Part shown: positions 8,583 through 17,684 of the stretch, in pieces
Layout of the letters: the number at the start of each line of letters is the position of its first letter
How positions within the stretch are numbered: position 1 is the first letter of the stretch
IMG/VR virus record: IMGVR_UViG_3300036800_000175
Coordinates: 45,877 to 109,876 of that record
Direction: 5' to 3' (one strand)
Origin: a virus
Length of the DNA: 64,000 nt
Notes under the pieces: generated by a model
Databases searched by the model: none
The model's input: the letters and a program-made list of their open reading frames with translations, nothing else
Told to the model about the DNA's origin: nothing
Translations under genes and position numbers: made by a program

Positions 8583-8888
8583 ATGGCCCCCCAGGCGCGC
8601 ATGACGCTGCCGACCGCGCTGGTGCTCGCCCGGCTCGCGACGGCCGCGCCCGGCGAGCTGTACGGGCGGCAGATCATGACCATGACCGGGCTCCGCGGCG
8701 GCACCATTTACCCGCTGCTGGCCCGCCTCGAAAGCAGGGGCCTGGTCGAATCGCGGCGCGAGACAATCAACCCGGCGAGGGAAGGGCGGCCGCCGCGCCT
8801 GTTCTACCGGCTCACCGACGCCGGGAAGGCTGAGGCGCAGGCCCACGCCACCCGGTACAGCGCCACCTTCACCCCTGGGGAGGGATGA
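8583..8888 (+). CDS. PadR-family regulator
   Basis: LYGRQI...GTIYPLLARLESRGLV...RLFYRLT. Confidence 0.85.
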   Translation: MAPQARMTLPTALVLARLATAAPGELYGRQIMTMTGLRGGTIYPLLARLESRGLVESRRETINPAREGRPPRLFYRLTDAGKAEAQAHATRYSATFTPGEG

Positions 8889-8891
8889 GTC

Positions 8892-9368
8892 TTGGATGCA
8901 GCAGCGATCGGTGAGGCAGCCGACCAGGCGTTCCGGGCCGCGTTCAACGGCGACCGGGAAACAGTCGCGGACCGGCTGGGCGACATTGCGGAGCGCTGGG
9001 GACCGCCCGGGATCCACGCCGCGGTCATGGGCTGGTCCGCGATCACCCTCAAAGCCATGACCGGCGACGGGTTCAATGACCGGGCCGAGTTCTACGCCCT
9101 TGAGGTGACCGAGAACGCCACAGGCAAGACGACCAGCGTCGACCAGATGTACTCCGGGCCCGAACAGCAGGCGATCCAGATGGTCACCCTGTACGGCAAC
9201 CGCGACGACGCCACCTCGATCGCGATGATCAAAACGGCATGCGCGGGCCCGGACTATGGCGCGGGCCTGATGGTCGCATCGGTCACCCTCGCTGCGGAAT
9301 CTGCCCGCAGCCACCTTGAGCAGCACGCCGCGACCTGCCGCGGATGCAATAAGGATCACCCCGCATGA
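8892..9368 (+). CDS. hypothetical protein
   Basis: 158 aa, in operon with PadR. Confidence 0.6.
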   Translation: MDAAAIGEAADQAFRAAFNGDRETVADRLGDIAERWGPPGIHAAVMGWSAITLKAMTGDGFNDRAEFYALEVTENATGKTTSVDQMYSGPEQQAIQMVTLYGNRDDATSIAMIKTACAGPDYGAGLMVASVTLAAESARSHLEQHAATCRGCNKDHPA

Positions 9369-9616
9369 CTGACCGCGATCCGGTTCCGTACCAGGTGACC
9401 CGCGTGTGGACGGTCCTGGCCACCGACGGGCAAGACGCGTTGGACAAGGCCCGGCCGGGGGAGCATCACGACGTGGTCGTCCGACCGATGCCATGCGGTG
9501 ACTGGCCGTTGCCGTGCACCCACAACCCGCAGCACGTCCGCCCCGCCGGTGAGCGCGAGGCGCGGCGCGAGCAAATCCGGCGGGACTTCGCCCCACCGCG
9601 CGAGTCTCCGTCATGA
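9365..9616 (+). CDS. hypothetical protein
   Basis: ATGA coupling. Confidence 0.55.
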   Translation: MTDRDPVPYQVTRVWTVLATDGQDALDKARPGEHHDVVVRPMPCGDWPLPCTHNPQHVRPAGEREARREQIRRDFAPPRESPS

Positions 9617-9780
9617 TCCACGTCACCTACGACGGCGACACCTACTGGCTGCAATGCTTCGCGGACGACCCGGACGCTGAGCACGGCGAGATCATTCACC
9701 CGATAGACGCGGGTGACAGCTGGGATGAGATGGCGGCGAAGGTGGCCGGGCACCGGGCCGAGCACGGGTGCCAATTGTGA
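9613..9780 (+). CDS. 55-aa hypothetical protein (not in ORF track)
   Basis: MIHVTYDGDTYWLQC...HRAEHGCQL*, coupled at both ends. Confidence 0.55.
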   Translation: MIHVTYDGDTYWLQCFADDPDAEHGEIIHPIDAGDSWDEMAAKVAGHRAEHGCQL

Positions 9781-10022
9781 CGGCCGGCACCGGCTGGGCG
9801 GATCTGTGCCCGGCGACCCGCGGCACCGGCCCCTGCATCTGCGCGCCGGGGCCGCCGCTGACCCACTACTGGCACTGCTGGCGTAACCCCGGCCATCACG
9901 CGTGCGCCGTGGCACTGATCGAACGGCAGGCCGCTGAGAATCAGCAACTGACCGGCCAGGTGGCCGCGCTTGAGCGCGCGGCCCGCGACGACAAGGAGAC
10001 TCATGCTGACGCCGCCGAATGA
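9777..10022 (+). CDS. Cys/His-rich hypothetical protein
   Basis: GTGA coupling. Confidence 0.45.
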   Translation: MTAGTGWADLCPATRGTGPCICAPGPPLTHYWHCWRNPGHHACAVALIERQAAENQQLTGQVAALERAARDDKETHADAAE

Positions 10023-10539
10023 GGTGCTCGCCCGCGAGACACGCCGCCTGGTCACGGACATGCACGTTGAGTGGGACGCCCCGCACCAGTTCGTCACCCT
10101 CCACTGGGACGGGAACAAGATCAGTTACGGCGTGGTGGCGTGCATCATGACCGACATCCACCCCACCCAGTACCCGCAGCTCATGGCCGGTTTCGTACGT
10201 GAGCAGTCCCGCCGCCGCGACCTGCCGCCGATGTGCGCCTGCGCCGTCCAGGTCGAATCCCACGGCGTCACAGAGCCCGGCCCGGACGCCAGCGTCGCTG
10301 AGCGTCTCGCGTATGACCGTGACCGGGTCGGCCGGACGTTTCACCAGCGACCCGACGCCATCGAATCAGCCGACGCCTGGTGCGCCGACTCATACGGGTT
10401 CCTGTGGGCCGCCGCCAAACGCCGCGACGATCCGCGCACCATCGTTGAACGGTTCTACAAACCCGGCACTGCGCCAGGTGGCCATCTGATCGCCGCGGTG
10501 CTCGCGGCTGCCCGCCTGCCCGTCGTGGCAGGCAACTAA
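10003..10539 (+). CDS. hypothetical protein (distant paralog of 4515..5135)
   Basis: AAGGAG RBS, MLTPPNEV start. Confidence 0.65.
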   Translation: MLTPPNEVLARETRRLVTDMHVEWDAPHQFVTLHWDGNKISYGVVACIMTDIHPTQYPQLMAGFVREQSRRRDLPPMCACAVQVESHGVTEPGPDASVAERLAYDRDRVGRTFHQRPDAIESADAWCADSYGFLWAAAKRRDDPRTIVERFYKPGTAPGGHLIAAVLAAARLPVVAGN

Positions 10540-10777
10540 CCCCCCCACGGAAGGAAGGACCCCCGATGCTCCGTGTCGTGTCCGCAGTCTTCGTTGCAGG
10601 CTTCATGATCGCCGCGATTGTGTGCGTGATCGCGGGCCGCTGGCCGGAGGGCTTCCTGTTCGCGGCGGTGGGGCTACTCCCGGCAGCCCTGTTCGTTGTC
10701 CAGACGCGTCAATGACCGCCCGCCTGCCCGTCGTGGCAGGCAACTAACCCCCCCACGGAAGGAAGGACCCCCGATGC
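10510..10777. repeat. 60-bp perfect direct repeats (10510-10569, 10718-10777) flanking a small gene
   Basis: GCCCGCCTGCCCGTCGTGGCAGGCAACTAACCCCCCCACGGAAGGAAGGACCCCCGATGC x2. Confidence 0.95.
10566..10715 (+). CDS. 49-aa two-TM membrane peptide (not in ORF track)
   Basis: MLRVVSAVFVAGFMIAAIVCVIAGRWPEGFLFAAVGLLPAALFVVQTRQ*; AAGGA RBS in the repeat. Confidence 0.7.
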   Translation: MLRVVSAVFVAGFMIAAIVCVIAGRWPEGFLFAAVGLLPAALFVVQTRQ

Positions 10778-11268
10778 CCCGGTTCCGAAGGACCGCCCCG
10801 ATGGCCCAGTTCCGCCGCCGCCCGGTTCCCCCAGCCCGGCTAGGCCCCCCGGTGCTGTACGCGGTGCCGATCGACCAGTCTGAGGCGCACCTATTAGTGA
10901 TCGCGCTACGCACCCACGACCGGATGCAGCGCGAACTGTACTGGACACCCGGCAGCGGTCCCTCACACTCCGCCGGGATGGCGGACCGGATCCTGAAAAC
11001 TGCGGGGACAGCGGCCTGCTACGGCCAGCAGGCCATCCCGCTCGAGGTGGCCGACCTCGACTCGCTCCGGTACACGCTGGCCTACTTGCAGGAACAGCAG
11101 CCGACCCAGCCGACCCACGCGCTGGCGCAGCTGCTGAACATGCTGCACGCCCGGTCCGGCATGGCCAGACTCCGCCAGTGGCGGGTCACCTGGTCCGATG
11201 AGGCCGGGACCATGTGGTGGGAAGGCACCCCGCCGCAGCCCGCGCCAGCAGATGGGATCAGCGGATGA
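10774..11268 (+). CDS. hypothetical protein
   Basis: Start and RBS supplied by second repeat copy. Confidence 0.6.
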   Translation: MPRFRRTAPMAQFRRRPVPPARLGPPVLYAVPIDQSEAHLLVIALRTHDRMQRELYWTPGSGPSHSAGMADRILKTAGTAACYGQQAIPLEVADLDSLRYTLAYLQEQQPTQPTHALAQLLNMLHARSGMARLRQWRVTWSDEAGTMWWEGTPPQPAPADGISG

Positions 11269-12014
11269 CCCAGACCACATGGCCGTACAGGGTCGTGGAT
11301 GCCGACAATCAGGGCTGGTACCTCACCCACGACGCCGGCCCGGGCCGGCGCGAAATCTACAGCGCCGGGTACCGGCGCCAGGACCTGCCCGCCCGGAGCG
11401 GGGATGAGCTCGCCGCGACCCGCGGGCCGCTCCGCCCGGTCCTGCCGATCACCGATGAGGATGAGCAGCGGATGCGGGAACTGTTCGCTGAGGCTGGCCG
11501 TAAGGCGGTCGCGACGCTCGCGGCCGCGCTGGACACCGTGTTTGAGCAGCTCCGCGACTCCCGCGGTGGCCTGGGTCACGCCGGCGACTCCTACGCGTAC
11601 GCGATGCGGACGATGAAAGCCGGGCGGGAAGGATCCTGGGAAGCTGAGGCGCTGGACAACGTCATCTACTTCGGCAACGAACTGAACCTCACCCCGGCCA
11701 GCGGCAAACGCGGGCGTGGTTTCCGGGACGCTGCCACCCTCCGCGCGGCCGGCCCGTCGAAACGCGTCAACATGGCCGTCCACCATGAGTTGACCGCGAT
11801 GCTGACCCGGTGGGTCACCGGCCCGGACAGGTACACCGAAGTCGCGGAAACCCTCGCCGCGGTGGTGTCCAGCTACGCCGACGACGCACCGGCTGGCTGG
11901 TACGACGTGGCGGATCAGTGGCTGCAACCCGGCGGGCTGGCCCGTGACTCGTTCGTCAACTGCTACCGGCTGCTGTACTCCCGCAGCCCGCTCCTGGACA
12001 CGAGCCTGCTATGA
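11265..12014 (+). CDS. hypothetical protein
   Basis: 249 aa, ATGA coupling. Confidence 0.65.
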   Translation: MTQTTWPYRVVDADNQGWYLTHDAGPGRREIYSAGYRRQDLPARSGDELAATRGPLRPVLPITDEDEQRMRELFAEAGRKAVATLAAALDTVFEQLRDSRGGLGHAGDSYAYAMRTMKAGREGSWEAEALDNVIYFGNELNLTPASGKRGRGFRDAATLRAAGPSKRVNMAVHHELTAMLTRWVTGPDRYTEVAETLAAVVSSYADDAPAGWYDVADQWLQPGGLARDSFVNCYRLLYSRSPLLDTSLL

Positions 12015-12271
12015 GCGGCTGGGATTGTGAGGCCTACGGCCCGGAAATCGCCCACACCGGCGCCGTGTGTTTCATCGCCGGGGAGCTCGGCAAGCGGGTC
12101 TGCGCCAGCCAGGACGCGTGCCACGAGGTGATAACTGCTGAACGGCAGCGCGTTTACAGCCGGATCAGCGAGCTGGCCGCCCACGGCGACCCGGTGATGG
12201 AAGACGTGGCGGGCGCCATTGGCAGCCCCGGCCAGATTCTCGGTGGCGGGGACGATGGGGATGAGCGGTGA
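12011..12271 (+). CDS. hypothetical protein
   Basis: ATGA coupling. Confidence 0.55.
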   Translation: MSGWDCEAYGPEIAHTGAVCFIAGELGKRVCASQDACHEVITAERQRVYSRISELAAHGDPVMEDVAGAIGSPGQILGGGDDGDER

Positions 12272-12654
12272 TGGCCAGATTCAAGCGGCTCACCGACGCG
12301 GAAGCACGCACGCTTACCCGGTCCGAGATTCTGGACCGCGTCGAAGCTGAACAGCAGTATTGGATCCGCAAGCACAGGCGCGGCATGACCGAAGAGGACG
12401 TGACGGCCGAGCGGGAGTTCAACCGGATCATGTACGCCTACCTGGATCCGATGGCGGGACTAGATGCGCTCCGGGACACGCTGGAAGGCCGCCGGTCGGA
12501 CTACTGGGAGTCGAGACCGGGGGAGGAATCAGCGCCGCCACGCGGCGATATCACCCTCGAAGGCGGCCTCGTCATGGATGAGGGACAGCAGGCCGCCCTG
12601 CGTTACGGGTTGCGTGAAGCGGCGAAGATGGACGCCCGGGAGCGGGACTCCTGA
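12268..12654 (+). CDS. hypothetical protein
   Basis: GTGA coupling. Confidence 0.6.
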   Translation: MMARFKRLTDAEARTLTRSEILDRVEAEQQYWIRKHRRGMTEEDVTAEREFNRIMYAYLDPMAGLDALRDTLEGRRSDYWESRPGEESAPPRGDITLEGGLVMDEGQQAALRYGLREAAKMDARERDS

Positions 12655-12767
12655 TGGCATACAGCGTCGTGGTAGCCGACCTGATGCGCCGCGCCGGCCG
12701 GGCCCTTGACGCCGCGATACGCGCTGCAAGCTGAGGCGGCGCGCTATGAGGCGTATCTGAGGCAGTC

Positions 12768-13208
12768 ATGAGAACCGACCCGGCGCTCGCCCCGGCCGTC
12801 ACCGCTGACCCGCCCCTCGCGGCGCGGCGGGACGCGTCCTGGTGGAACAGCCCGGGTACCGCGTACGTCTACCACGTCGCCACGACGGACATGGCAGCGT
12901 GCTGTTTCCGGGATCAGCCGCTGGCCGAGTTCACCAGCCAGGACGCCGCCAAAGTTCCCGCCGCCCAGCGCTGCCGCCGGCGAGGCTGCGCCACCCGGTG
13001 GCCGGCGGACCCGGGTCCGCTCAAGACGTTCCCGATCCAGATCGCCGTGTTCTGCGACGTGTGCGGCACCGAGGTTGTGCATGACTACGTGGTCCACGAT
13101 CTTATGACCCGTGACCAGAGGCTCGGTGTGGCTCGCACGCACCTGACCCGCAATGAAGGCTGGTCATGCACTCTGGCCGGTGACCTTTGCCCGGGGTGCG
13201 CAACATGA
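12768..13208 (+). CDS. hypothetical Zn-ribbon protein
   Basis: CDVCG and DLCPGC motifs. Confidence 0.55.
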   Translation: MRTDPALAPAVTADPPLAARRDASWWNSPGTAYVYHVATTDMAACCFRDQPLAEFTSQDAAKVPAAQRCRRRGCATRWPADPGPLKTFPIQIAVFCDVCGTEVVHDYVVHDLMTRDQRLGVARTHLTRNEGWSCTLAGDLCPGCAT

Positions 13209-13234
13209 GCAGGTCAGCGGTGGTGGGGGAGTGG

Positions 13235-13498
13235 TCAGTCGGCAGGAGCCAGGTCGCGGGCCGGGCGGATGAACACCGCGAGATAGGCGCCGTCGTCGTC
13301 GGACAGGAAGTCATCGAACTCGCCGGCCTTGGCGCCGTCGATGAATGCGGCCAGTTCAGCGCGGGTGTATCGCAGCTGCGGGCCGTCCGGGTCGCGGCTG
13401 TTGCGCATCGCGATGTTCCCGTCAGGCAGTTCGGCCACCTCAACGCAGTTGCCGTTGTGGGCGCTCCAGCTGGACTTGCGCCAGGAAAGATCATCCAC
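13235..13498 (-). CDS. DUF397 family protein (orphan)
   Basis: WRKSSWS..NGNCVEVA...MRNSRDPDGPQL.YT..E..AFIDG.K.GEFD; GGAG RBS. Confidence 0.9.
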   Translation of the reverse strand: MDDLSWRKSSWSAHNGNCVEVAELPDGNIAMRNSRDPDGPQLRYTRAELAAFIDGAKAGEFDDFLSDDDGAYLAVFIRPARDLAPAD

Positions 13499-13876
13499 GG
13501 GTTGGTGTCTCCGTCCGTACGCCCGGCGGGTGGCCACCCCGGAGTCCCCAGTGTCCCGTTCAGCCGCCTGCGGGGTGGCCCCCCAGGGTGCCGTAGCGGG
13601 ATCAACCTACCGGCTCTGCGGGGCGGGTTGCAGGCGGTTGGCTGCATGTACGGGAAGGTACCTTACGCGCTACGCCCGGCGGGGGACAACCCCTCCCGGA
13701 CCAGGGCAAAAACCGCTAGCTTTACATAATCAACGTTATCGGCGTAAGACAAAGGGGGGCAAACCGGGCACGTCTCGTCTCACCGAACATGTCGTTTGCC
13801 AGCCATCATGTCGCTGTCAGCGCCGTCCCATAGGCTCGCAGGCACCACGTTTGGCCTACGTTTCGGAGACCCCCCC

Positions 13877-14272
13877 ATGGCCACCCTGATGCTCCCCCTC
13901 GAGGTACACGAGCACACCGTCAAATGCGGCACCTGCGGCGGTACCGGCGTCACCGGCGACCGCTACGACATGGAAGCGGGCGAGCACACCCTCACGCTCG
14001 AGGTGATCTGCCCGCAGTGCGGCGGGTGCGGCAACGGCGACCCCGGCCACCGTGACTGCATCGCGGACTGGCACGCCTACCCCGAAGACGTCCTCGGCAT
14101 CGACGGACTGGAACCCCTGATGGACGTCGATGAGATGCCCTGCCCGTCGTGCCAGTCCGGCCGCGGCTGGTACCCGGTGCAGGGTTTCACCGGCGAGGGT
14201 GACGACGCGGAAATACACATCCTGCGGACGCTGTGCGGATGCTCCACGGACCGCCTGGTGCCCGCTGAGTGA
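13877..14272 (+). CDS. CxxCxGxG zinc-finger protein
   Basis: CGTCGGTG, CPQCGGCG, CPSCQSGRG. Confidence 0.65.
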   Translation: MATLMLPLEVHEHTVKCGTCGGTGVTGDRYDMEAGEHTLTLEVICPQCGGCGNGDPGHRDCIADWHAYPEDVLGIDGLEPLMDVDEMPCPSCQSGRGWYPVQGFTGEGDDAEIHILRTLCGCSTDRLVPAE

Positions 14273-14529
14273 ACCTGGCCCTCCCCCGCGCCGACCCGGC
14301 CACCGCGGCCAAAGGCAGCACCAGGCGGCCGCGTGTGCGGCCCGCGCTGGTCACGGTCGCCCTGGACGACGGCACCTGGGCTGAGGGTGAGGTGATCGCC
14401 GTCGCGAAGGACCTGGCCAGCCGCCGTTGGCGGCTCCTGATCCGCTGGTATGACCCCGGCCCGCCCAGGTCGATGCGGGACGACTGGGTCATGCACGACC
14501 CGCCGCTGATCCGCGACCTGGCCGTGTAG
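14269..14529 (+). CDS. hypothetical protein
   Basis: GTGA coupling. Confidence 0.55.
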   Translation: MNLALPRADPATAAKGSTRRPRVRPALVTVALDDGTWAEGEVIAVAKDLASRRWRLLIRWYDPGPPRSMRDDWVMHDPPLIRDLAV

Positions 14530-14589
14530 CGGATCACTACACGCTTACTTCCGCAGGTCAGCGAGTCGTCGAATAGGTCGGCTACCGAT

Positions 14590-14754
14590 CTATCCCGGGT
14601 GGCGCGCGTCGTCAGCGCGTTTGCCTGTGGCAGCCGCGGCGTTGTGCGCCGCCATGACGTCGTCCCACGCGACATCCTCCCCGCGCATGAACGCATCCCA
14701 CAGATGGTCAGCGATGAGCCATGCCGCGGCTTCCTCGCTAGCCTCCGGAGACAT
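14590..14754 (-). CDS. small hypothetical protein
   Basis: MSPEASEEAAAWL..., end of leftward operon. Confidence 0.4.
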   Translation of the reverse strand: MSPEASEEAAAWLIADHLWDAFMRGEDVAWDDVMAAHNAAAATGKRADDARHPG

Positions 14755-14998
14755 TCCCGCCCGCCTGGTCACGGGCCGGCTGGACGTCGACGCCGTGGGC
14801 GGCGAACTCATCCAGGATGTCCCGCTCAGTGTCGCCGTAATGGATGACGATCATGACTTCCGGGCAACCCAGCTGCGCCAGCTCCCGCGGGGAGATCGCG
14901 ACCGGCTGCCCCGCGGTCAGCCGGTCGATGTTCTCCCGGGTAAGGCCGAGGATCACGATCGGCTCACCGAGCCCCGTCCGGCCCGCCAGTTTGATCAT
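14738..14998 (-). CDS. conserved phage hypothetical protein
   Basis: MIKLAG...VILGLTRENIDRL..GQP...IHYGDTE. Confidence 0.65.
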   Translation of the reverse strand: MIKLAGRTGLGEPIVILGLTRENIDRLTAGQPVAISPRELAQLGCPEVMIVIHYGDTERDILDEFAAHGVDVQPARDQAGGNVSGG

Positions 14999-15213
14999 CG
15001 CTGCAACTCCCCTGGGATAAGCCGGTAGTCCGGGCGGTGCGGCGGCAGACCCGGCCGTTGCGTCCGGTACCACCGTTCGTAGACCGCGCGCCTGCCGTCG
15101 CTGACACCAACCTCGCGGGCCGCGTCGACGGGGAGCGCACCCCCGTCGCGGAGCGCCGCATAGGCGGCCAGGCGCAGATCCCGGGCGGCGGGAGCTGGTG
15201 AGAGGCGGGTCAC
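14995..15213 (-). CDS. small HTH-like protein
   Basis: PVDAAREVGVSD..R.VYERW; coupled both ends. Confidence 0.5.
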   Translation of the reverse strand: MTRLSPAPAARDLRLAAYAALRDGGALPVDAAREVGVSDGRRAVYERWYRTQRPGLPPHRPDYRLIPGELQR

Positions 15214-15836
15214 TGCGGCGCCCGGATCCGGGCACCGCAGTTCCCGCACACCCCGCCGGCTGGCAGGCCGGCCGCAGGCTTGGCCAGCAGGAACCCGCAC
15301 GACGGGCACGGGAACTCATCCAGCTTGGGCCGGAACCCCGGCGGGAGGTTGTGGCGGGCCCGCAGGCCCACACCACCCCGGCCGGCGGCCATGACCCGCT
15401 GCATGTGCGCGCGGGCCGCCGGTGGCAGGCTCGCGATGTCACGCTCCCGGGCCACGCCGTGGCCACCGGCCCGGTCCGCTTCGGCCAGCAGGTGCCAGCC
15501 CTGCTCATCGGTGAGGAACCCGCCCTGAGGGACACAGCCGCGGGGGCATTTCATGCCTTCCACGGCGCCCCACACGCGGCAGATCATCGGGCGGAGCTCA
15601 TAGACGGCGCATCTGTGGCCCTCGGTCAGCGCCTCACACCAGTACGTGTCGGCCTGCATCCGCGCCCGCTCGCTGGGCGTGATCTTGTAGCCGGCGTCGC
15701 GGAGCCGCTGCCGTTCCCGGTCAGCCATCTCAACCGGGCCGCAGGAAATCCAGCACGACCCGTCGCAGTCGGGGATCTCAGGGACCTGGTCATACAGGTC
15801 CTGTAGTTCGGCGTCGATCTGGCTGCGGCGGCCCAT
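15210..15836 (-). CDS. YkgJ-like cysteine-cluster protein
   Basis: CDGSC...CGP; C..L.EGHRCAVYELRPMICR.WG; C-terminal Zn ribbon. Confidence 0.75.
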   Translation of the reverse strand: MGRRSQIDAELQDLYDQVPEIPDCDGSCWISCGPVEMADRERQRLRDAGYKITPSERARMQADTYWCEALTEGHRCAVYELRPMICRVWGAVEGMKCPRGCVPQGGFLTDEQGWHLLAEADRAGGHGVARERDIASLPPAARAHMQRVMAAGRGGVGLRARHNLPPGFRPKLDEFPCPSCGFLLAKPAAGLPAGGVCGNCGARIRAPQ

Positions 15837-16123
15837 CAGTTCGGGCCCGCGCCGAGACTGTCCCCGCTCAGGAACGTCACCGTCTTGCCGTGCGCCGCGA
15901 ACAAGCCTTGCAGGTGCTGGGCCAGGTCCACGAGTGCGTCGGGGCCGTCTTCCTCGTCGTAGCCGAAGACGGCGATGCCGCTGCGGGTGCCCGCGACCAG
16001 CATGATGATGCCCCGGACGTCGTCACCGTTCTCCGGGTGTCCGTTGATGCCGTCGACCGCGGCATCGGCCAGCCGGGTGAGCCGTTCCTGCGGCGTCTCC
16101 GTCCGCTCAACGTCGCCGGTCAT
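15836..16123 (-). CDS. hypothetical protein
   Basis: MTGDVERT start, ATGA coupling. Confidence 0.55.
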   Translation of the reverse strand: MTGDVERTETPQERLTRLADAAVDGINGHPENGDDVRGIIMLVAGTRSGIAVFGYDEEDGPDALVDLAQHLQGLFAAHGKTVTFLSGDSLGAGPN

Positions 16124-16650
16124 GCGTCGTCCCGTAGTTGCCGCAGCCGGGTGAACAGCCGTTCGGTGAGCGCCGGGTCGGCGGACGGGAACTCTTCGAG
16201 CGCCCGCACGACCAGCCGGTCCGATTCGGTGGCCTCCGCCGCGGCGAACCACGCCCCCGCCATCTCCCTCGCCGCAGCCGGGGACACGACCCCTTCCCAC
16301 TCCGCCATGGGGCCGCGGCGCAGCAGGACGACCGCCTCACCGCGTTTGGTGGATCCGGCGGGCAGCAGATCCAGAGTGGCCGGGGTGCCGAACCGGGTCC
16401 GGCCGGACGTGGCCAGCAGGTCGGTGGTGAACCCGGCGGCCGTCTGCGCGGGCAGTTTCAGCTTGACGGCGAGCTGCATCATCATTTCCGCGTAGGCGGC
16501 GCAGGTGACCAGGTCGATCGCGGTGCTGCGGATATCGGCCACCGGCGCGTGCCAGCGCTGTGTGCCCCATGTGAGCTCACATGCCGGGTCCGGGCCGCCG
16601 CGGGTGGATGTCACCCAGATCGTGCCGTCATCGTCGTTGTCGCTGGCCAA
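16120..16650 (-). CDS. hypothetical protein
   Basis: 176 aa, GGAGG RBS. Confidence 0.6.
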   Translation of the reverse strand: MASDNDDDGTIWVTSTRGGPDPACELTWGTQRWHAPVADIRSTAIDLVTCAAYAEMMMQLAVKLKLPAQTAAGFTTDLLATSGRTRFGTPATLDLLPAGSTKRGEAVVLLRRGPMAEWEGVVSPAAAREMAGAWFAAAEATESDRLVVRALEEFPSADPALTERLFTRLRQLRDDA

Positions 16651-16824
16651 CGCGTGGCCCTCCCCCCAAGGCTGGCTGAATCGCGACAGCAGGTTAGCAC
16701 CATGTAACTGCGGGTACCTTGCCTTCTGCGGTCAGCCGCGTACCGTCAGGAATCAAGTAGGCACCTCCCGGACGGCTGACCGCCGCGCGCTGAGGTGCCT
16801 CCCGGGCCGTGCCAGGCGGTTTCC

Positions 16825-17115
16825 CTACAGCGCCCCGCCGGCACGGCCCGGCTCTGCGCGGGCTCCCGGTTCCGGGGACAAGGCCTCCGTCGCCTCCCCG
16901 TCGGGGAACGTCAGCCGGATGATTACCTGCTGCGCGTCGTTCACCTCATCCGCTCCCGGCATCCGGCACACCCCCGGGCCTGTGATCTCCGCCGACCAGC
17001 ATTCGCGGCGCGTCGCGGCGTCCAGCATCTGGATCCGGAGGGGGAAGTCGTCCGGACCCAGGTCGTGGAACACCATCTGCTCAGGCCGGGCCGCGTGCGG
17101 CTGCGGCTGCACCAT
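16825..17115 (-). CDS. hypothetical protein
   Basis: 96 aa. Confidence 0.5.
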   Translation of the reverse strand: MVQPQPHAARPEQMVFHDLGPDDFPLRIQMLDAATRRECWSAEITGPGVCRMPGADEVNDAQQVIIRLTFPDGEATEALSPEPGARAEPGRAGGAL

Positions 17116-17515
17116 GGGTTCTCACCCACTCCCAAACGCGGATCGCTTCCTCCCGCGCCGTCAGGCCCGGCGTCTCGTTACTGCCGCCGTAGCAGTGGCA
17201 GCGGCCCTCGAGGTGGGCCAGGGAGCCGATGACACTGCGGAGCGAGCATTCCCGGTGGGCGTGGCGGATCTCCGACCGGCCGGCCGCCAGGATGCACGGC
17301 ATGGCCTGCCCGGAATCCCCCGCAGCCTGGTCGAACACCTCGCCGCAGTGCAGGCACGACTCCCCCACCGGGAACGCCTTGCGCATGTCGGTGAGCAGCT
17401 GGCCGTCTTCGCCGTAACAGATGAACGACCACCACGGTTCCCCGAACCATCCCCAGTTTTCCCGCCGCACCTCGATCGGCAGTTCGTCGTACGGCGTGCT
17501 GATCATCATGGGCAC
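17081..17515 (-). CDS. Cys/His-rich hypothetical protein
   Basis: CLHC...HRECSLRSVIGSLAHL..RC.C; GGGGAGAGG RBS. Confidence 0.6.
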   Translation of the reverse strand: MPMMISTPYDELPIEVRRENWGWFGEPWWSFICYGEDGQLLTDMRKAFPVGESCLHCGEVFDQAAGDSGQAMPCILAAGRSEIRHAHRECSLRSVIGSLAHLEGRCHCYGGSNETPGLTAREEAIRVWEWVRTHGAAAAARGPA

Positions 17516-17571
17516 CGGACCCCTCTCCCCCGTCGGTGCTGGTCAGGCCGCACCAGCCTAGGGCAGGCACG

Positions 17572-17583
17572 GCGGGTACCCGC
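17572..17583. promoter_or_regulatory. perfect palindrome GCGGGTACCCGC in divergent promoter region (candidate operator)
   Basis: Related copies at 2542, 6122, 16710, 55915, 55950, 56549, 56578. Confidence 0.4.
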
Positions 17584-17684
17584 AGTAGAGTTAGGTTACG
17601 TGCCGGTATGCCTGATTCGCGGCCCCGGTCCGTGATAGCCAAGAGGGCGTAGGCCCTCAGGTTCGGACTGGTAAAGGGACCAGC

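Noticed and set aside
8490-9626. 581-aa extended ParA from the ORF track
   Set aside because: The extension is antisense to PadR and its neighbours; the ParA fold starts at MKATIGNLKGG (8489)
10510-10777. 60-bp repeats as attL/attR, IS ends or DGR TR/VR
   Set aside because: No integrase, transposase or reverse transcriptase seen; the copies are identical with no adenine-specific differences
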